Counted from the first letter of the stretch, positions 35,122 through 46,826 are shown. The stretch is 64,000 nucleotides of DNA from Macrostomum hystrix (GCA_950097015.1 CATNEN010000038.1:16554001-16618000), one strand, 5' to 3'. Program-made: numbers and translations. The notes: generated by a model from the letters alone, not told the origin.

Positions 35122-38100
35122 ATGGACCTGAAACCGCCCGGAGAGTTGGAGACCGACTCCAACGAGACTTGGAAACGATGGCGTCAGAAATTCATGATCT
35201 ACCTCAGGGCCACAGGCATTGTTGAAGAAGAGCGCCGAATCAATTTGTTCCTGCACCTCATCGGTGACACCGGGCTGGACATCTACAACACGCTAGAATT
35301 TGAAGACGGTGAAGAGGAGGAAAAAAGCACCGCTGATAAACGCCGAACTCTAGAAGATGTTTTGGGACTTTTCGATGAGCATTTTAGCCCGCGCACTAGC
35401 GAAGTGTTCGAACGATTCAAGTTCTGGGAGCGAGACCAGAAAGAAGCGGAGCCTGTGGACCTATTTGTGACCGATTTGAAGCGCCTTGCCACAACGTGCA
35501 ACTTCGACACTCAAAAAGAAAAAATGATCCGGGACAAGATCGTCTTGGGCTGCAATGACTCTCGAATGCGAGAGCGGCTACTCCGAGAGCCGGAGCTCGA
35601 TCTGAGAACGGCGATCGACATGTGCCGAGCTGTTGAATCCGCCAAGCATCAGATGAAGGAAGTCGAGAAAGGCCTGAACTCCGTAAGATCGTCATCTTCG
35701 TTAAGTCAAGTGACCACACGACAGCATTCAAGCGGTAGCCATGGCAACTCAGCACCCAGCGCACAAGCAGACACTCGAAGTCAGTTTGGAGCGAACGCCG
35801 CTCGCACAGCTCCGACTCAGCAGTTTGCACGCTGCAACCACTGCGGATACGGTCATCGTGAAGGCAAGTGTCCTGCTTTCGGTAAGCGATGCTTGAGTTG
35901 TGGCCGCATGAATCACTTCCGTAGTCAGTGCCAGAGTAAAAGCCAGAAAGTCATGACTGTGGGTGTCGCGGAAGCTGCTGAGCCCCGTCCGGACGGGGAT
36001 GAGGTTTGCTTCATCGGAACACTGCAGTCTGATGGTGAATCAGCTTGGTTAGCCGAAGTCCAGCTGCCAAATGGTGAGAGGCTGAAATGTAAGATGGACA
36101 CTGGAGCAGAGGTGAACGTGTTGCCTGCTCACCTGCTTCCGGCTGGGGAGCAGCTGTGCACCACTCGAACAGTTCTAACTGCCTTTGGCGGAGCGCGCAT
36201 TCCGGTTCTTGGGAAGTGCAGGCTGATGGTAAAGGTGCAGGGCAAGTCATCTGAGCTGGAGTTCATGGTGTCAGATGTGAAGCAAGGCATCCTGGGCCTT
36301 CCAGCGCTGAGTGCATTGGACCTTGTCCGACGTGTTGAGGTTGTCTGTCGGCAACCATGTATCGATGAGAACTTTGTACTTAAGGAGTTCGCTGACCTAT
36401 TCGATGAAAAGTTAGGCTGCCTGCCGTACGTACACTCTTTCACCCTGGATGATCGTGTCATGCCGGTAGTCAACGCGCCTCGAAAGATCCCGTTTGCCTT
36501 GCAAGAGAAGGTTCAAGAGGAGTTGCAGCGTATGGAATCGCTTGGAGTCATAGTGAAAGTTGCTGCGCCTACTGACTGGGTTAATTCTCTGGTCACGGTT
36601 CACAAGCCCGATGGTAGTCTGCGGCTCTGCATAGATCCAACGCATCTTAATAAGGCAATTAAGCGCGCTCACTACCCAATGACGACGGTGGAGCAAGTTA
36701 TAGCGCGAATCCCAGGAGCCAAGTTTTTCACAGTTCTAGATGCAAAGACTGGCTTTTGGCAAATCAGACTCCATGAAAAATGCTCGGAACTGTGTACTTT
36801 CAACACCCCATGGGGCAGGTACAAGTTTGTGCGACTGCCCCCTGGAACAATCGATGCTCCCGAAGTTTATCAACGTGAGCTTAGCAAGATCTTCAGCAGC
36901 TGGGCTGAGGTAATTGTTGACGACATGCTGGTCTGGGGAAAGACGCGCGAGGAGCACGACCAGAAGCTATTGATGGTCCTCAACGAGGCTCGAAGAGTGA
37001 ATTTGAAGCTTAATCGCAGGAAGTTGAGGGTTGGCGTCTCGTCTGTCAACTATGTCGGTCATGTGATCTCTTCTGATGGAGTGATGCCAGACCCTGTTAA
37101 GGTGAAAGCAATCCAGGAGCTTCCAGTGCCCGAGGACAAGCAGGCGGTGATGCGGCTGCTGGGCATGGCCACCTACCTCGGCAAATTCATTCCGAAAGCG
37201 TCAGACCTAACGGATCCACTTCGCTCGCTTTTAAAGAAGGATGTGCTGTTCGACTGGCAGGAAAGGCAGCAAAAAGCTTTTGAGAAGCTGAAAGAAGTAT
37301 TGACGCAAGCACCCGTATTAAGGCTGTTTGATCCTACAGTAGATGTCGAGTTGCAAGTTGACAGTTCATCTGTTGGAGTTGGTTGTGCGTTGCTACAGAA
37401 TGGACAGCCTGTCGCGTATGGTTCCGCAGCTTTGACTTCGACGCAGAAAAATTATGCCCAGATTGAGAAGGAGACGCTGGCTGTCGTGATTGCTTGCAAA
37501 AAGTTTCATGACTACGTCTATGGCCTACCAGTGGTTCGAGTCACGACTGATCACAAGCCGCTGGAGATAATTTTCAAACGGGATTTGGTTCACGCCCCAC
37601 CGAGAATTGCTCGAATGCTGTACCAGCTCAAAAGGTACAATCTGAAGGTCTCGTGGTCACCAGGATCCAAGATGCAGATTGCCGACACGTTGTCAAGAGC
37701 GTACTTGCCAGAGACCGAGGCAGCTTTGGATGATGAAATCGAGGTGGAGGTCCACCAGCTGTGCAGGAGTCTACCGATATCTGCCGTTCGGATGCAAGAA
37801 ATTCGTGACGAGACCAGCAAGGATCGCGATTTGTCTCTTGTGGCACAGTTCGTTCAGGATGGTTGGCCAACAGATTACCGCCGTGTTTGTTCATCTATCC
37901 GTCCTTACTGGAGCTTCAAGGAAGAACTGGTCTATCACGAAGGCGTACTGCTGAAGGTGAACCGTGTCATTGTGCCTGTCTCACTGCGTCAGAAGATCCT
38001 GGAGATTCTGCACGAAGGCCATGCTGGAATGGGCAAAACCGAAGCGCGTGCGCGTCAGATTCTGTACTGGCCTGGAATGTCAGCCGATATCAAACGGTTC

Positions 38101-39054
38101 GTGAGTCGCTGCACTACGTGCCAGGCATTTCAGCCTGCCAATCCAAGGGAGCCGCTGATGAGCCATCAGGTTCCAGATTCACCATGGACAAAGGTTGGCT
38201 GCGATTTGCTCGACTTTAAGGGTGACAAGTGGCTGGTCGTTACATGTTACTACAGCAATTGGATTGAGTTGGCAAAACTGGGCCAGCAGTCAGGAGCTGC
38301 TCTGGTAATTTCTAGAATAAAGTCTATGTTTGCCAGGTTCGGAATCGTCAAGGAGCTGGTCAGCGACAATGGACCCCCGTTTAGCTCATTCAAGTTTCAA
38401 GAGTTTGCTGCTGAGTTCGGTTTCCGACACACGCGATCGTCTCCAGGTCATGCGCAGTCTAATGGAATGGCTGAGAAGGCAGTCAAAGTGGCAAAGAGCA
38501 TTCTGCGGAAATCGGACCAGCCGGAGGTAGCGCTGATGGAATATCGGGCGTCACCGATCAGTGGAACCAAAACTAGTCCGAGTGAGCTAATGTTCGGTCG
38601 GCTGATTCGGACGAAGCTGCCAGCAGACTGCAGAGCATTGGTCCAGAACAGGACAACCGAGTTCTCCAAAGCTCCGCTGCAGGCGGTTCAACAGCGTTAC
38701 TACGACCAGCATAGCCGAACTCTACCAGAACTGCATGTCGGTGATGCTGTCCGCTACCGTCAAGATTTCAAATGGGAGCCAGCAGTCGTCGTGGAAGCTG
38801 ATCCGGCTCTGCGCTCCTACCGGGTGCAGACGCAACACGGCCGTGAGCTCGTTCGGAACCGTCGGGACCTTCACCTGGTTCCGCAACAAGCCACTCCAGA
38901 GGCTGAGGACGTCGTCGCAGCGAGACAAGAGAGCACAACCAGTCCGGAAGCAACGGCAGCAGATCGAGCACCTGCTGAGGCTGGCGAGCTTCCGCGGCGG
39001 TCGGCCAGGACCACAAAGGGCGTGTTGCCTGCCCGCTACCGATCTGATGACTGA
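35122..39054 (+). CDS. Gag-Pol polyprotein (gag with 2 zinc knuckles, PR, RT, RNase H, IN)
   Basis: CNHCGYGHREGKC and CLSCGRMNHFRSQC; DTGA; LDAKTGFWQ and IVDD; RNase H DSS/EKE/TDH; HHCC and D,D(35)E; domain order PR-RT-RH-IN. Confidence 0.96.
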   Translation: MDLKPPGELETDSNETWKRWRQKFMIYLRATGIVEEERRINLFLHLIGDTGLDIYNTLEFEDGEEEEKSTADKRRTLEDVLGLFDEHFSPRTSEVFERFKFWERDQKEAEPVDLFVTDLKRLATTCNFDTQKEKMIRDKIVLGCNDSRMRERLLREPELDLRTAIDMCRAVESAKHQMKEVEKGLNSVRSSSSLSQVTTRQHSSGSHGNSAPSAQADTRSQFGANAARTAPTQQFARCNHCGYGHREGKCPAFGKRCLSCGRMNHFRSQCQSKSQKVMTVGVAEAAEPRPDGDEVCFIGTLQSDGESAWLAEVQLPNGERLKCKMDTGAEVNVLPAHLLPAGEQLCTTRTVLTAFGGARIPVLGKCRLMVKVQGKSSELEFMVSDVKQGILGLPALSALDLVRRVEVVCRQPCIDENFVLKEFADLFDEKLGCLPYVHSFTLDDRVMPVVNAPRKIPFALQEKVQEELQRMESLGVIVKVAAPTDWVNSLVTVHKPDGSLRLCIDPTHLNKAIKRAHYPMTTVEQVIARIPGAKFFTVLDAKTGFWQIRLHEKCSELCTFNTPWGRYKFVRLPPGTIDAPEVYQRELSKIFSSWAEVIVDDMLVWGKTREEHDQKLLMVLNEARRVNLKLNRRKLRVGVSSVNYVGHVISSDGVMPDPVKVKAIQELPVPEDKQAVMRLLGMATYLGKFIPKASDLTDPLRSLLKKDVLFDWQERQQKAFEKLKEVLTQAPVLRLFDPTVDVELQVDSSSVGVGCALLQNGQPVAYGSAALTSTQKNYAQIEKETLAVVIACKKFHDYVYGLPVVRVTTDHKPLEIIFKRDLVHAPPRIARMLYQLKRYNLKVSWSPGSKMQIADTLSRAYLPETEAALDDEIEVEVHQLCRSLPISAVRMQEIRDETSKDRDLSLVAQFVQDGWPTDYRRVCSSIRPYWSFKEELVYHEGVLLKVNRVIVPVSLRQKILEILHEGHAGMGKTEARARQILYWPGMSADIKRFVSRCTTCQAFQPANPREPLMSHQVPDSPWTKVGCDLLDFKGDKWLVVTCYYSNWIELAKLGQQSGAALVISRIKSMFARFGIVKELVSDNGPPFSSFKFQEFAAEFGFRHTRSSPGHAQSNGMAEKAVKVAKSILRKSDQPEVALMEYRASPISGTKTSPSELMFGRLIRTKLPADCRALVQNRTTEFSKAPLQAVQQRYYDQHSRTLPELHVGDAVRYRQDFKWEPAVVVEADPALRSYRVQTQHGRELVRNRRDLHLVPQQATPEAEDVVAARQESTTSPEATAADRAPAEAGELPRRSARTTKGVLPARYRSDD

Positions 39055-39458
39055 GTATGATTGTGATGGACTGTTTAGTGACTGTTTATTGGCTGTTTAA
39101 AGACTATTATTTGCAGTGCGCTTATGTTAGATTTTGTCTCTTTTTGCGAGCATTTGCTAATATTCTTTGCGGTTGCTTTTGCTAAAACTTTTTTTTTCAT
39201 GATTTGATTTTGAGTTGCCTTATGCTCTGAGTTTTTTTTGCTTGAAAACTATAATTATCGATTTTATTCCTTTTGATTTCTGCGTGATGCAAAAAGATTT
39301 TTTTTAATTCCCTAATTATCCAGTCACAATATTTTTTTGTTAATTTTTAAGCTTTGTCCTATAACTCTCGTTTTAATTTCTCGCAAGCTTGCTATTCGTC
39401 GAAATTTAATTTAATGTAATGTCTGCATTCACTATTTTTGTTGCTTTTAGAAGGGAGA

Positions 39459-39635
39459 TGTCATGAGTATAGCGTCTGTGCACAAGTTTGTACACCCGTC
39501 TAGGTGTACATGCTAGCGTTCTCTCTCTCATGCTACCATATTATGTAATCGCGTCTGGCTCTGCGTGTGCTACTTATATATCGGCTGAAGCCAAATAGAT
39601 TGGTTAGAGCTTTGCTCTCGTCCGCGCTCATCACA
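39459..39635 (+). repeat. 3' LTR
   Basis: Direct repeat of the 5' LTR followed by TSD gtttc. Confidence 0.97.
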
Positions 39636-39878
39636 GTTTCTTTGAGAAGTGAATTTGTATCGCGCCAGACTAAAAATCACCAGATTTTAATACGGAAACA
39701 CGAAAACAGCAAAAATTTTATTGGCTATTTTTAGGCCAAACACCAGCACAAACCAAGGCTGGAGATAAATGCGAGTTCCTGTTTATTTTCTATAGACTTG
39801 TAGCAACTGCAAATCGCTAAATATTATTAGAAATGTAACAAAAAGCAAAGTGAAAAAAACAAAAAGCGATTTAATAAT

Positions 39879-40262
39879 GGGGCAACCCACCCCGCAGATA
39901 GATAAGAGAATCGGCGGCTGGGGCAACCCTCCCAGCAGATAGATAAGAGAATCGGCGGCTGGGGCAACCCTCCCAGCAGATAGATAAGGGAATCGGCGGC
40001 TGGGGCAACCTACCCCGCAGATAAATAAGAGAATCGGCGGCTGGGGCAACCCACCACACAGACAGATAAGAGAATCGGCGGCTGGGGAAACCCACCCCGC
40101 AGATAGATAAGAGAATCAGCGGCTGGGGCAACCTACCCCGCAGATAAATAAGAGAATCGGTTGCTGGGGCAACCCACCCGAGCTAGATAAGAGAATCGGC
40201 GGCTGTGGGAAACCCACCCCGCAGATAGATAAGAATGATAATTGGGGGCTGGGGCAACCCAC
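39879..40262 (+). repeat. 41-bp minisatellite (ggggcaacccaccccgcagatagataagagaatcggcggct)
   Basis: About 9 units just downstream of TAF1. Confidence 0.94.
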
Positions 40263-40444
40263 TCGTGCTTGATGAGATTTATCGGAGATGATTAATTCTG
40301 AGAATAAAAGCGCATATACAAAGCCAACCAGTTATTAAACTAGACAAAGCGAGTTTTAGGTTAACAAGATTAATTAACAGAGGAATATAACAAATTACAT
40401 AGGTAGAAAGCTGCCCTTCTGTGTCACGCAACAATGCTTGTTAG

Positions 40445-41381
40445 TTAAGAAGCTGGCGATCCATCCGAATTATTGCCCAGGTAGAATTTCACCGCCTCTC
40501 TGCTATCATCGTTGACCTCGGCAGCGGCGGTGGCGGCTGCGGCAGGAGTTGGAGAACCATATCGTGGCCGCTTTGAAGCTACAGGGTTCGAATCCTCGAT
40601 TTCTCCATCATCGTCATCGTCGTCGTCGTCCTCTTCGCTGTAGTCAACAAGGCTGCTTTCGCCTGCCTGACGTTTGGCTGACGACGATTGTTGGCTCTGC
40701 TGTTCCATGACCTCCTTGCTTGTCGGAGGGTTCGACTTCTCGACTGTTGCGTCCTGATGATCTTCATCGTCGTCTGCATTGTCGCCGGCTGAGCCATCCG
40801 AGTCAGAATCGGACAGTTGCAAGTCTTCGGCTAGTCCCGCTACAGCTAATCCAGCTTGCTGCTGCTGCTGCTGCTGAGGCAGCTGATGGTGATCGTCCAG
40901 CACCCGCTGGCTGGCCAGACTGGCACTGTCGGCAAAAGTGTCGCCATCATCTTCGTTGCCTTCGCCGGCACCGCCGCCGACGCCGCCTTGTCGCCGAATA
41001 ATATTTGCCTCCAATTGGTCTAGCGTGGTTGCCATAGCAACCAGAGCCTCCCGACCGGTCTCAACAATGCGCCTGGCTGTGGCAGTCAAACTGCTCGAAT
41101 CCTTATTATAGGCGATGCAATTGTCCAAGATTAACTGAGCATCGGCTAGGAATTCATCTCGACTGTGATAGACTTTGGCATTAACCCGATCCTGCAGAGT
41201 GGCCAAATCCATCGGCTGTGTCACAATGGTGTAATAATCTGGCCATTTCTTGCCGTCCACTCTGTACTGGAATGGCCTGGAGCCGTCAACTGCCACCATT
41301 TTCTGCACAGCTTGGCCTAGAATATAGGACAGGCCGGCCATGTCGTCCTCGTCTAGCAGCGGATTGATGGCTTTCTCGTAC
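40445..41381 (-). CDS. TAF1: TAF1 exon 5 (bromodomain 2 and acidic tail)
   Basis: EKAINPLLD, PDYY..VTQPMDL, NCIAYN; phase-2 junction. Confidence 0.92.
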
Positions 41382-41546
41382 CTGCGGATATTGTATCCGA
41401 TGAGAAAATGTACTTTTAACAGCACGGTCCCTAGCAATTTTAAGTAGAGAATACGACGTTGTGGAAAAAATGCATCAAGTCGTCTAGAACGGCATCTTTC
41501 TAGATATTGGTTTTCTATTTATAGTCTAATGGCCTAAATTCTGTTT

Positions 41547-41825
41547 GGGGTCAGCAACACGCAGGCAAGATGCAACCAGCAATGCTCCTGAATCCAGTCC
41601 CCTCACATGTATCTTATCTCCTCTGGCTCGTCATATCCCCTGTCTTATCTCCATTCTGTTCTAATCTCTCCAGTCTTATCACTCTCTAGTCTTATTCCTG
41701 TCTAAATCTCTCCTTTCTTATCTCTCTCCTGTCTCATCTCCCCTGTCTTATCTCTCTTCTGTCTTATCTCTCTCCTGTATTATCTTTCTCTTGTCTTATC
41801 TTACCCATGTCAGTGCAGCACCTGC
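41547..41825 (-). mobile_element. Old degenerate copy of the hAT/16-mer MITE family
   Basis: ggggtcagcaa end, tcttatctc repeats, gtcagtgc (reverse complement of gcattgac-like). Confidence 0.45.
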
Positions 41826-42365
41826 GCATATAAACAGATTCTGTCAGCATTTGTCAGAAGTTCATACTTGACATCCAAGCTCGTTGATATATGCTAAGTT
41901 TTTTCTCTGCGCTGAAGACAAGTACTCACAAAGTATCTTTGTGAGTTAAGCAATAAAAATAATGCCAATAGGACACGCGTCGGGGCAAGAACATGATGAA
42001 GTGAAGTGGGTTGGAAATGTAAGTACCTTTGCAAGCATTCCTAAGCCAGTAGAGTATTACTGTCAGCGTGCGAGGAGGCGGAATACGTAAAGAGAACGAT
42101 GAGAATAATTAATTTGCTAGCAAGGTTCTACCTAGCAGTTAGTTAGCTCAAACTTATGTTACATGTTATAATCCCTATGACTAATAAGGGATAAGCGTAC
42201 AGGACCGGTGAAGCATCTTTTATCCTTTTGAATGATTGATTAATTATTTCACTTTTTTCTTGATAGTTTGCATTAATAATCATAATATCGATCTATAATT
42301 TCTTAGTTCTGCTATATTCTGCTATATTCTTCGCGACCAAATAATATGATTGAATAATAGGATTA

Positions 42366-43520
42366 AGTCACACTGGAGACACACTGAAATCACACTGTCA
42401 CACTGAGGACACACTGAAGTCACACCGAGAACACAATGAGGTCACACTGAAGTCACACTAAGGACACACTAAGGACACACTGAAGTCACACTGAAGTCAC
42501 ACTAAGGACACACTGAAGTCACACTGAAGTCACACTAAGGACACACTGAAGTCACACTGAAGTCACACTAAGGACACACTGAAGTCACACTGTAGTCACA
42601 CTAAGGACACACTGAAGTCACACTGAAGTCACACTAAGGACACACTGAAGTCACACTGAAGTCACACTAAGGACACACTGAAGTCACACTAAGGACACAC
42701 TGAAGTCACACTGAAGTCACACTGTAGTCACACTAAGGACACACTGAAGTCACACTGAAGTCACACTGAAGTCACACTGAAGTCACACTAAGGACACACT
42801 GAAGTCACACTAAGGACACACTGAAGTCACACTAAGGACACACTGTAGTCACACTAAGGACACACTGAAGTCACACTGAAGTCACACTGAAGTCACACTA
42901 AGGACACACTGAAGTCACACTAAGGACACACTGAAGTCACACTAAGGACACACTGAAGTCACACTGAAGTAACACTGTAGTCACACTAAGGACACACTGA
43001 AGTCACACTGTAGTCACACTAAGGACACACTGAAGTCACACTGAAGTCACACTAAGGACACACTGAAGTCACACTGAAGTCACACTAAGGACACACTGAA
43101 GTCACACTAAGGACACACTGAAGTCACACTGAAGTCACACTGTAGTCACACTAAGGACACACTGAAGTCACACTGAAGTCACACTGAAGTCACACTGAAG
43201 TCACACTAAGGACACACTGAAGTCACACTAAGGACACACTGAAGTCACACTAAGGACACACTGTAGTCACACTAAGGACACACTGAAGTCACACTGAAGT
43301 CACACTGAAGTCACACTAAGGACACACTGAAGTCACACTAAGGACACACTGAAGTCACACTAAGGACACACTGAAGTCACACTGAAGTAACACTGTAGTC
43401 ACACTAAGGACACACTGAAGTCACACTGTAGTCACACTAAGGACACACTGAAGTCACACTGAAGTCACACTAAGGACACACTGAAGTCACACTGAAGTCA
43501 CACTAAGGACACACTGAAAG
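42366..43520 (+). repeat. 11-bp minisatellite (gtcacactgaa / ggacacactaa variants) in TAF1 intron 4
   Basis: About 105 units; 418-bp block duplication. Confidence 0.96.
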
Positions 43521-43583
43521 TCCCTACTATTGAATTTGGTCTGAAGGACAAATCTGGAATGCGAACTTGCTCATGAGCCTCAC

Positions 43584-43906
43584 CGCATGAGTTTCTCCTC
43601 TCTGATAGTAATCTCCTCAGCGCAGACATTCAGCATTGACTTGGCCGTCTCAGACAGCAGATTGTGCTGACCGTTGAATGCCACGCAGTTCTTATAGATC
43701 AGGTTGACATCGTCTAGAAATGCCTCCCGAGTCTGATAGAAGTTCTTCTGCAATCGCTCCTTCATAGTCAGCAGATCCATTGGCTGTTTAATGATCTGAT
43801 AATACTGCGGATAATCCTTCTCGCTAACCGGATTTAGGAAGTGTTGCGAATCTTTCACGGCTTTGATCTTGTCGAATACGTCTTCTAGGAGACTGGTTAG
43901 GGCCAC
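43584..43906 (-). CDS. TAF1: TAF1 exon 4 (bromodomain 1)
   Basis: FLNPVS..YPQYYQIIKQPMDL..NCVAFNG. Confidence 0.93.
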
Positions 43907-43976
43907 CTGCACGCGAGAACGAGAGAAACTTTGTTTAGAAATCAGACACGTAGGAAATAACATCCCTTACCCAGCG

Positions 43977-44050
43977 GGGGTGGGTGACTGGCTGAGCGGT
44001 TAACGCGTTTGCCTCTCGCACCAAGAACACCCTTAGTTTGAATTCGCAGG
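43977..44050 (+). mobile_element. 5' (tRNA head) fragment of SINE family 2
   Basis: gagcggttaacgcgtttgcctctcgcaccaag is identical to the head of the adjacent minus-strand copy. Confidence 0.7.
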
Positions 44051-44090
44051 CAAAAAAGTTTGTGGCCGATATCTAATAAAAATACGCTCG

Positions 44091-44433
44091 TAATTGTGGA
44101 GGGCTGCGGGCAACGGCACATTATTTACTGACACTAGACACGCAGCCAGCGAGGAGGCAATTCTGCCTATTCAGCTGACTCCTGAGCACACACTCACACA
44201 GATACCGTACGCAGGCACACGATCACACAGGTGTGTACATCTGTCTCATCGTCAGGCAGTGTACACTCTCACTGTGCCTTAGAGGTTGGCCCTCAAGGGC
44301 GTAAATTGCACGACAAAGCCCTAAGCGTCCTCTACACGGCTGCACCCCAAATAAATGTGGCCTCGCCGCGGAATCGAGCTCAGGTAACTTGGTGCGAGAG
44401 GCAAACGCGTTAACCGCTCTGCCACTCACCCCG
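44091..44433 (-). mobile_element. SINE family 2 copy
   Basis: Reverse-complement homolog of 22904-23271. Confidence 0.85.
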
Positions 44434-44522
44434 GCACATATCAGTGTGAGTTAAAGCAACGAGAAATTTACAGTTAAGCATTGGCTAAGATTCGAACTTC
44501 AGATCTTCCAGACTGATCTTAC

Positions 44523-45707
44523 CTGCGGATCGACTCGTCTTCTATTTCTTCGCTTCAAAGCTGGCTTAACAAGGTAATCATCCAAAGTCGCAGTTCCAGA
44601 CAATGCCGCAACGGAGCCAGCGATACCAACAGCAGCAGCAGCAGCAGCCCCAGAGCTGGCTGAAGATTCACCGGAAGCGGCAAAAACGGACGATTTCTTA
44701 GAAAATTTCTTTGCCTTCCCAGCAGTTTTGGTGGAGCTGGAAGCGGATTTCAATGACGACGGCCGACCGCTGCCGGCCTTGCCCGACTGAGAAATCTGTT
44801 CCAGGGCTGGCGAAAAATAGTTGAGCACTTTAGCACTGAGCTTTAGCTTGGTGCCGTCCACCTGGGACAGCGAGGCCTCCTCTTCGTTGGCTGCCACGGA
44901 GGCTGACTGGCCAGTTAGAGATAGCTGAGACTGTTGAGACAGTTCATCTAGCAGCTGCGGAGCGGGCTGAGCAGACGTCGACTGCTGGGAGGCGCCAGCA
45001 ACTGTCGGAGCTTTATTCGGCGTAGCAGCGGCGCCGGCGCCCTTCTTAATGTACATCGGGCACTCTTTGTTAGTGCGCATGTGGCCAGTCTGACCGCAGG
45101 CTCCGCACTTCATCTTGGTCAAAGCCGGCGTCATCACTTTCGCTTTGGCTGGTTTCTTAGAAAATCCGGCAGCTCCGGCCGAGTCAGCCGAAGCGTCGGC
45201 AGCAGCTCCGCCCAGACTGTCAGATGAGGCCATGCGACTGAGCTGTCTGGCGGCTGACGATCCTTGACCGCCGCCGCTGCCGAAATCGCCGAGAAATTGT
45301 CTGATAAATTCGTCAGATTTAGTTGACCGAATTTTGGAATAGACTTCGATAACGGCCGGCTGGCGGACCAGTTCGGTTCGAGTGTAGAAACCGGTTCCGT
45401 CCGGTTTGCGAAAGCGCCTAGTGATGCGCAACACTTTGCGCGTCGACCCAGCCGGCTTGTCGCCGATTTCGTCAGCGTCGTCGTCGCTAGACGAAGAATT
45501 GTCGTCGTCGTCTGTAGACTGAGCGTCCTCGGAGGCCAGGACTCGATTCTGCAGTTCGAACAGCTTCTGGCAGTCTTCGCGATACCGGTCCAGCTCAGCG
45601 CGGTTGTTGGCGCCGACCCCGCCACCGCCACCTGCGGCAGCAGAGCGAGCGAACTTGGCCAAGTCGTCGGCATCTTCGCCGCCCAGACGAGCCTTCTGAG
45701 TGCCAAC
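44523..45707 (-). CDS. TAF1: TAF1 exon 3 (includes the zinc knuckle)
   Basis: RYREDCQKLFELQNRVLAS; CGACGQTGHMRTNKECP; RRRVDPQ. Confidence 0.93.
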
Positions 45708-45748
45708 CTTGGGACACAAAGATTTAGGTGTATTTTAAAGAGTATTTT

Positions 45749-46080
45749 CCATAGAGTCTACCTCACCTGTTCCCTAGAGTCTACCTCACCTGTTCCATAG
45801 AGTCTACCTCACCTGTTCCATAGAATCTACCTCACCTGTTCCATAGAATCTACCTCACCTGTTCCATAGAGTCTACCTCACCTGTTCCATAGAGTCTACC
45901 TCACCTGTTCCATAGAGTCTACCTCACCTGTTCCATAGAGTCTACCTCACCTGTTCCATAGAGTCTACCTCACCTGTTCCATAGAATCTACCTCACCTGT
46001 TCCATAGAGTCTACCTCACCTGTTCCATAGAGTCTACCTCACCGATTCCCTAGAGTCTACCTCACGTGTGCCCTAGAGTC
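45749..46080 (-). repeat. 23-bp minisatellite (sense: ggaacaggtgaggtagactctat) in TAF1 intron 2
   Basis: 14 units, 12 of them with perfect CAGGTGAG. Confidence 0.96.
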
Positions 46081-46103
46081 TGTGCAAGGTGTTAATTACT
46101 CAC

Positions 46104-46826
46104 AGTTCGCACAACGTCAACGAATTCCCATCGTTTCAGCTTCTTGATATCGGCTTCGTCGACACCGCGTCGTCTGAGCAGCTCTTTGGCTGCGTCGACG
46201 TTCAACTTGCGCAAGTCGGCATCGGTGCCAGTTAGAGACACTTTAGCCGGCTGTTTGGAGCTAACGGCAGCAGCGGATAGGGCAGATTCGGTAGTTAAGG
46301 CCGCTGTTTTACTAGGCCTGGTGTAGCTAAAAGCCTCGCCGCAACCCGTTGGATCGGCCGGTCCGTGCACATCCAACTGAAATCGTCCCTTCAGCGCGGC
46401 CAGGTACGCCCGGGTGGTGTTCCACGGCGCGCAGCGAACCTCAGCCTCCATTCGCGGCGGCCCGTCACCGTCGCCCGTAGCGTCATCTAGCTCGTCGTCG
46501 TCATCGTTAGCCAGGAGGTAGCGCTCACCGTAGCCAGCGTCTTTGAGTCGCTGCTCAGCTACCGCCAGGCTGTAGTGGGCGCAGCAGTCCTCCGGTGACA
46601 GCAGTTCGCGAAGCTCTTCCTCGTCGGGCAGATGAAATTCGTCTTTCAGCACCCACCAGCCGCCTTGCTGCTGGCCGCCGCGTCTCAAGTCGGCGCACGC
46701 TTTCAGCCGCTTCCTGACGATCAGGTCGGTTAGCGCGCCGTCAGGCGGGAATAGTCGGCGAACCTCTTCAACGCGTACCCGACGCGGTTCGTCTAGGCTG
46801 CGCAGAAATAGTCGATAAATGTTCAC
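46104..46826 (-). CDS. TAF1: TAF1 exon 2 (DUF3591 C-terminal half)
   Basis: IYRLF, RKRLK.CAD, PEDCCAHYS, APWNTTRAY, GPADPTGCGEAFSY, GTDADLRKL. Confidence 0.95.

Larger units (their letters stand above)
34913..39635 (+). mobile_element. Full-length Ty3/Gypsy LTR retrotransposon (probably Mag-like)
   Basis: TG..CA LTRs of 177 bp, TSD gtttc on both sides, PBS tggcatcgc at 35090, PPT agaagggaga at 39449-39458, single gag-pol ORF. Confidence 0.97.

Noticed and set aside
35283-39100. Short overlapping and antisense ORFs inside gag-pol (likewise inside TAF1 and WDR4 exons)
   Set aside because: Shadow ORFs of GC-rich coding sequence with no motifs
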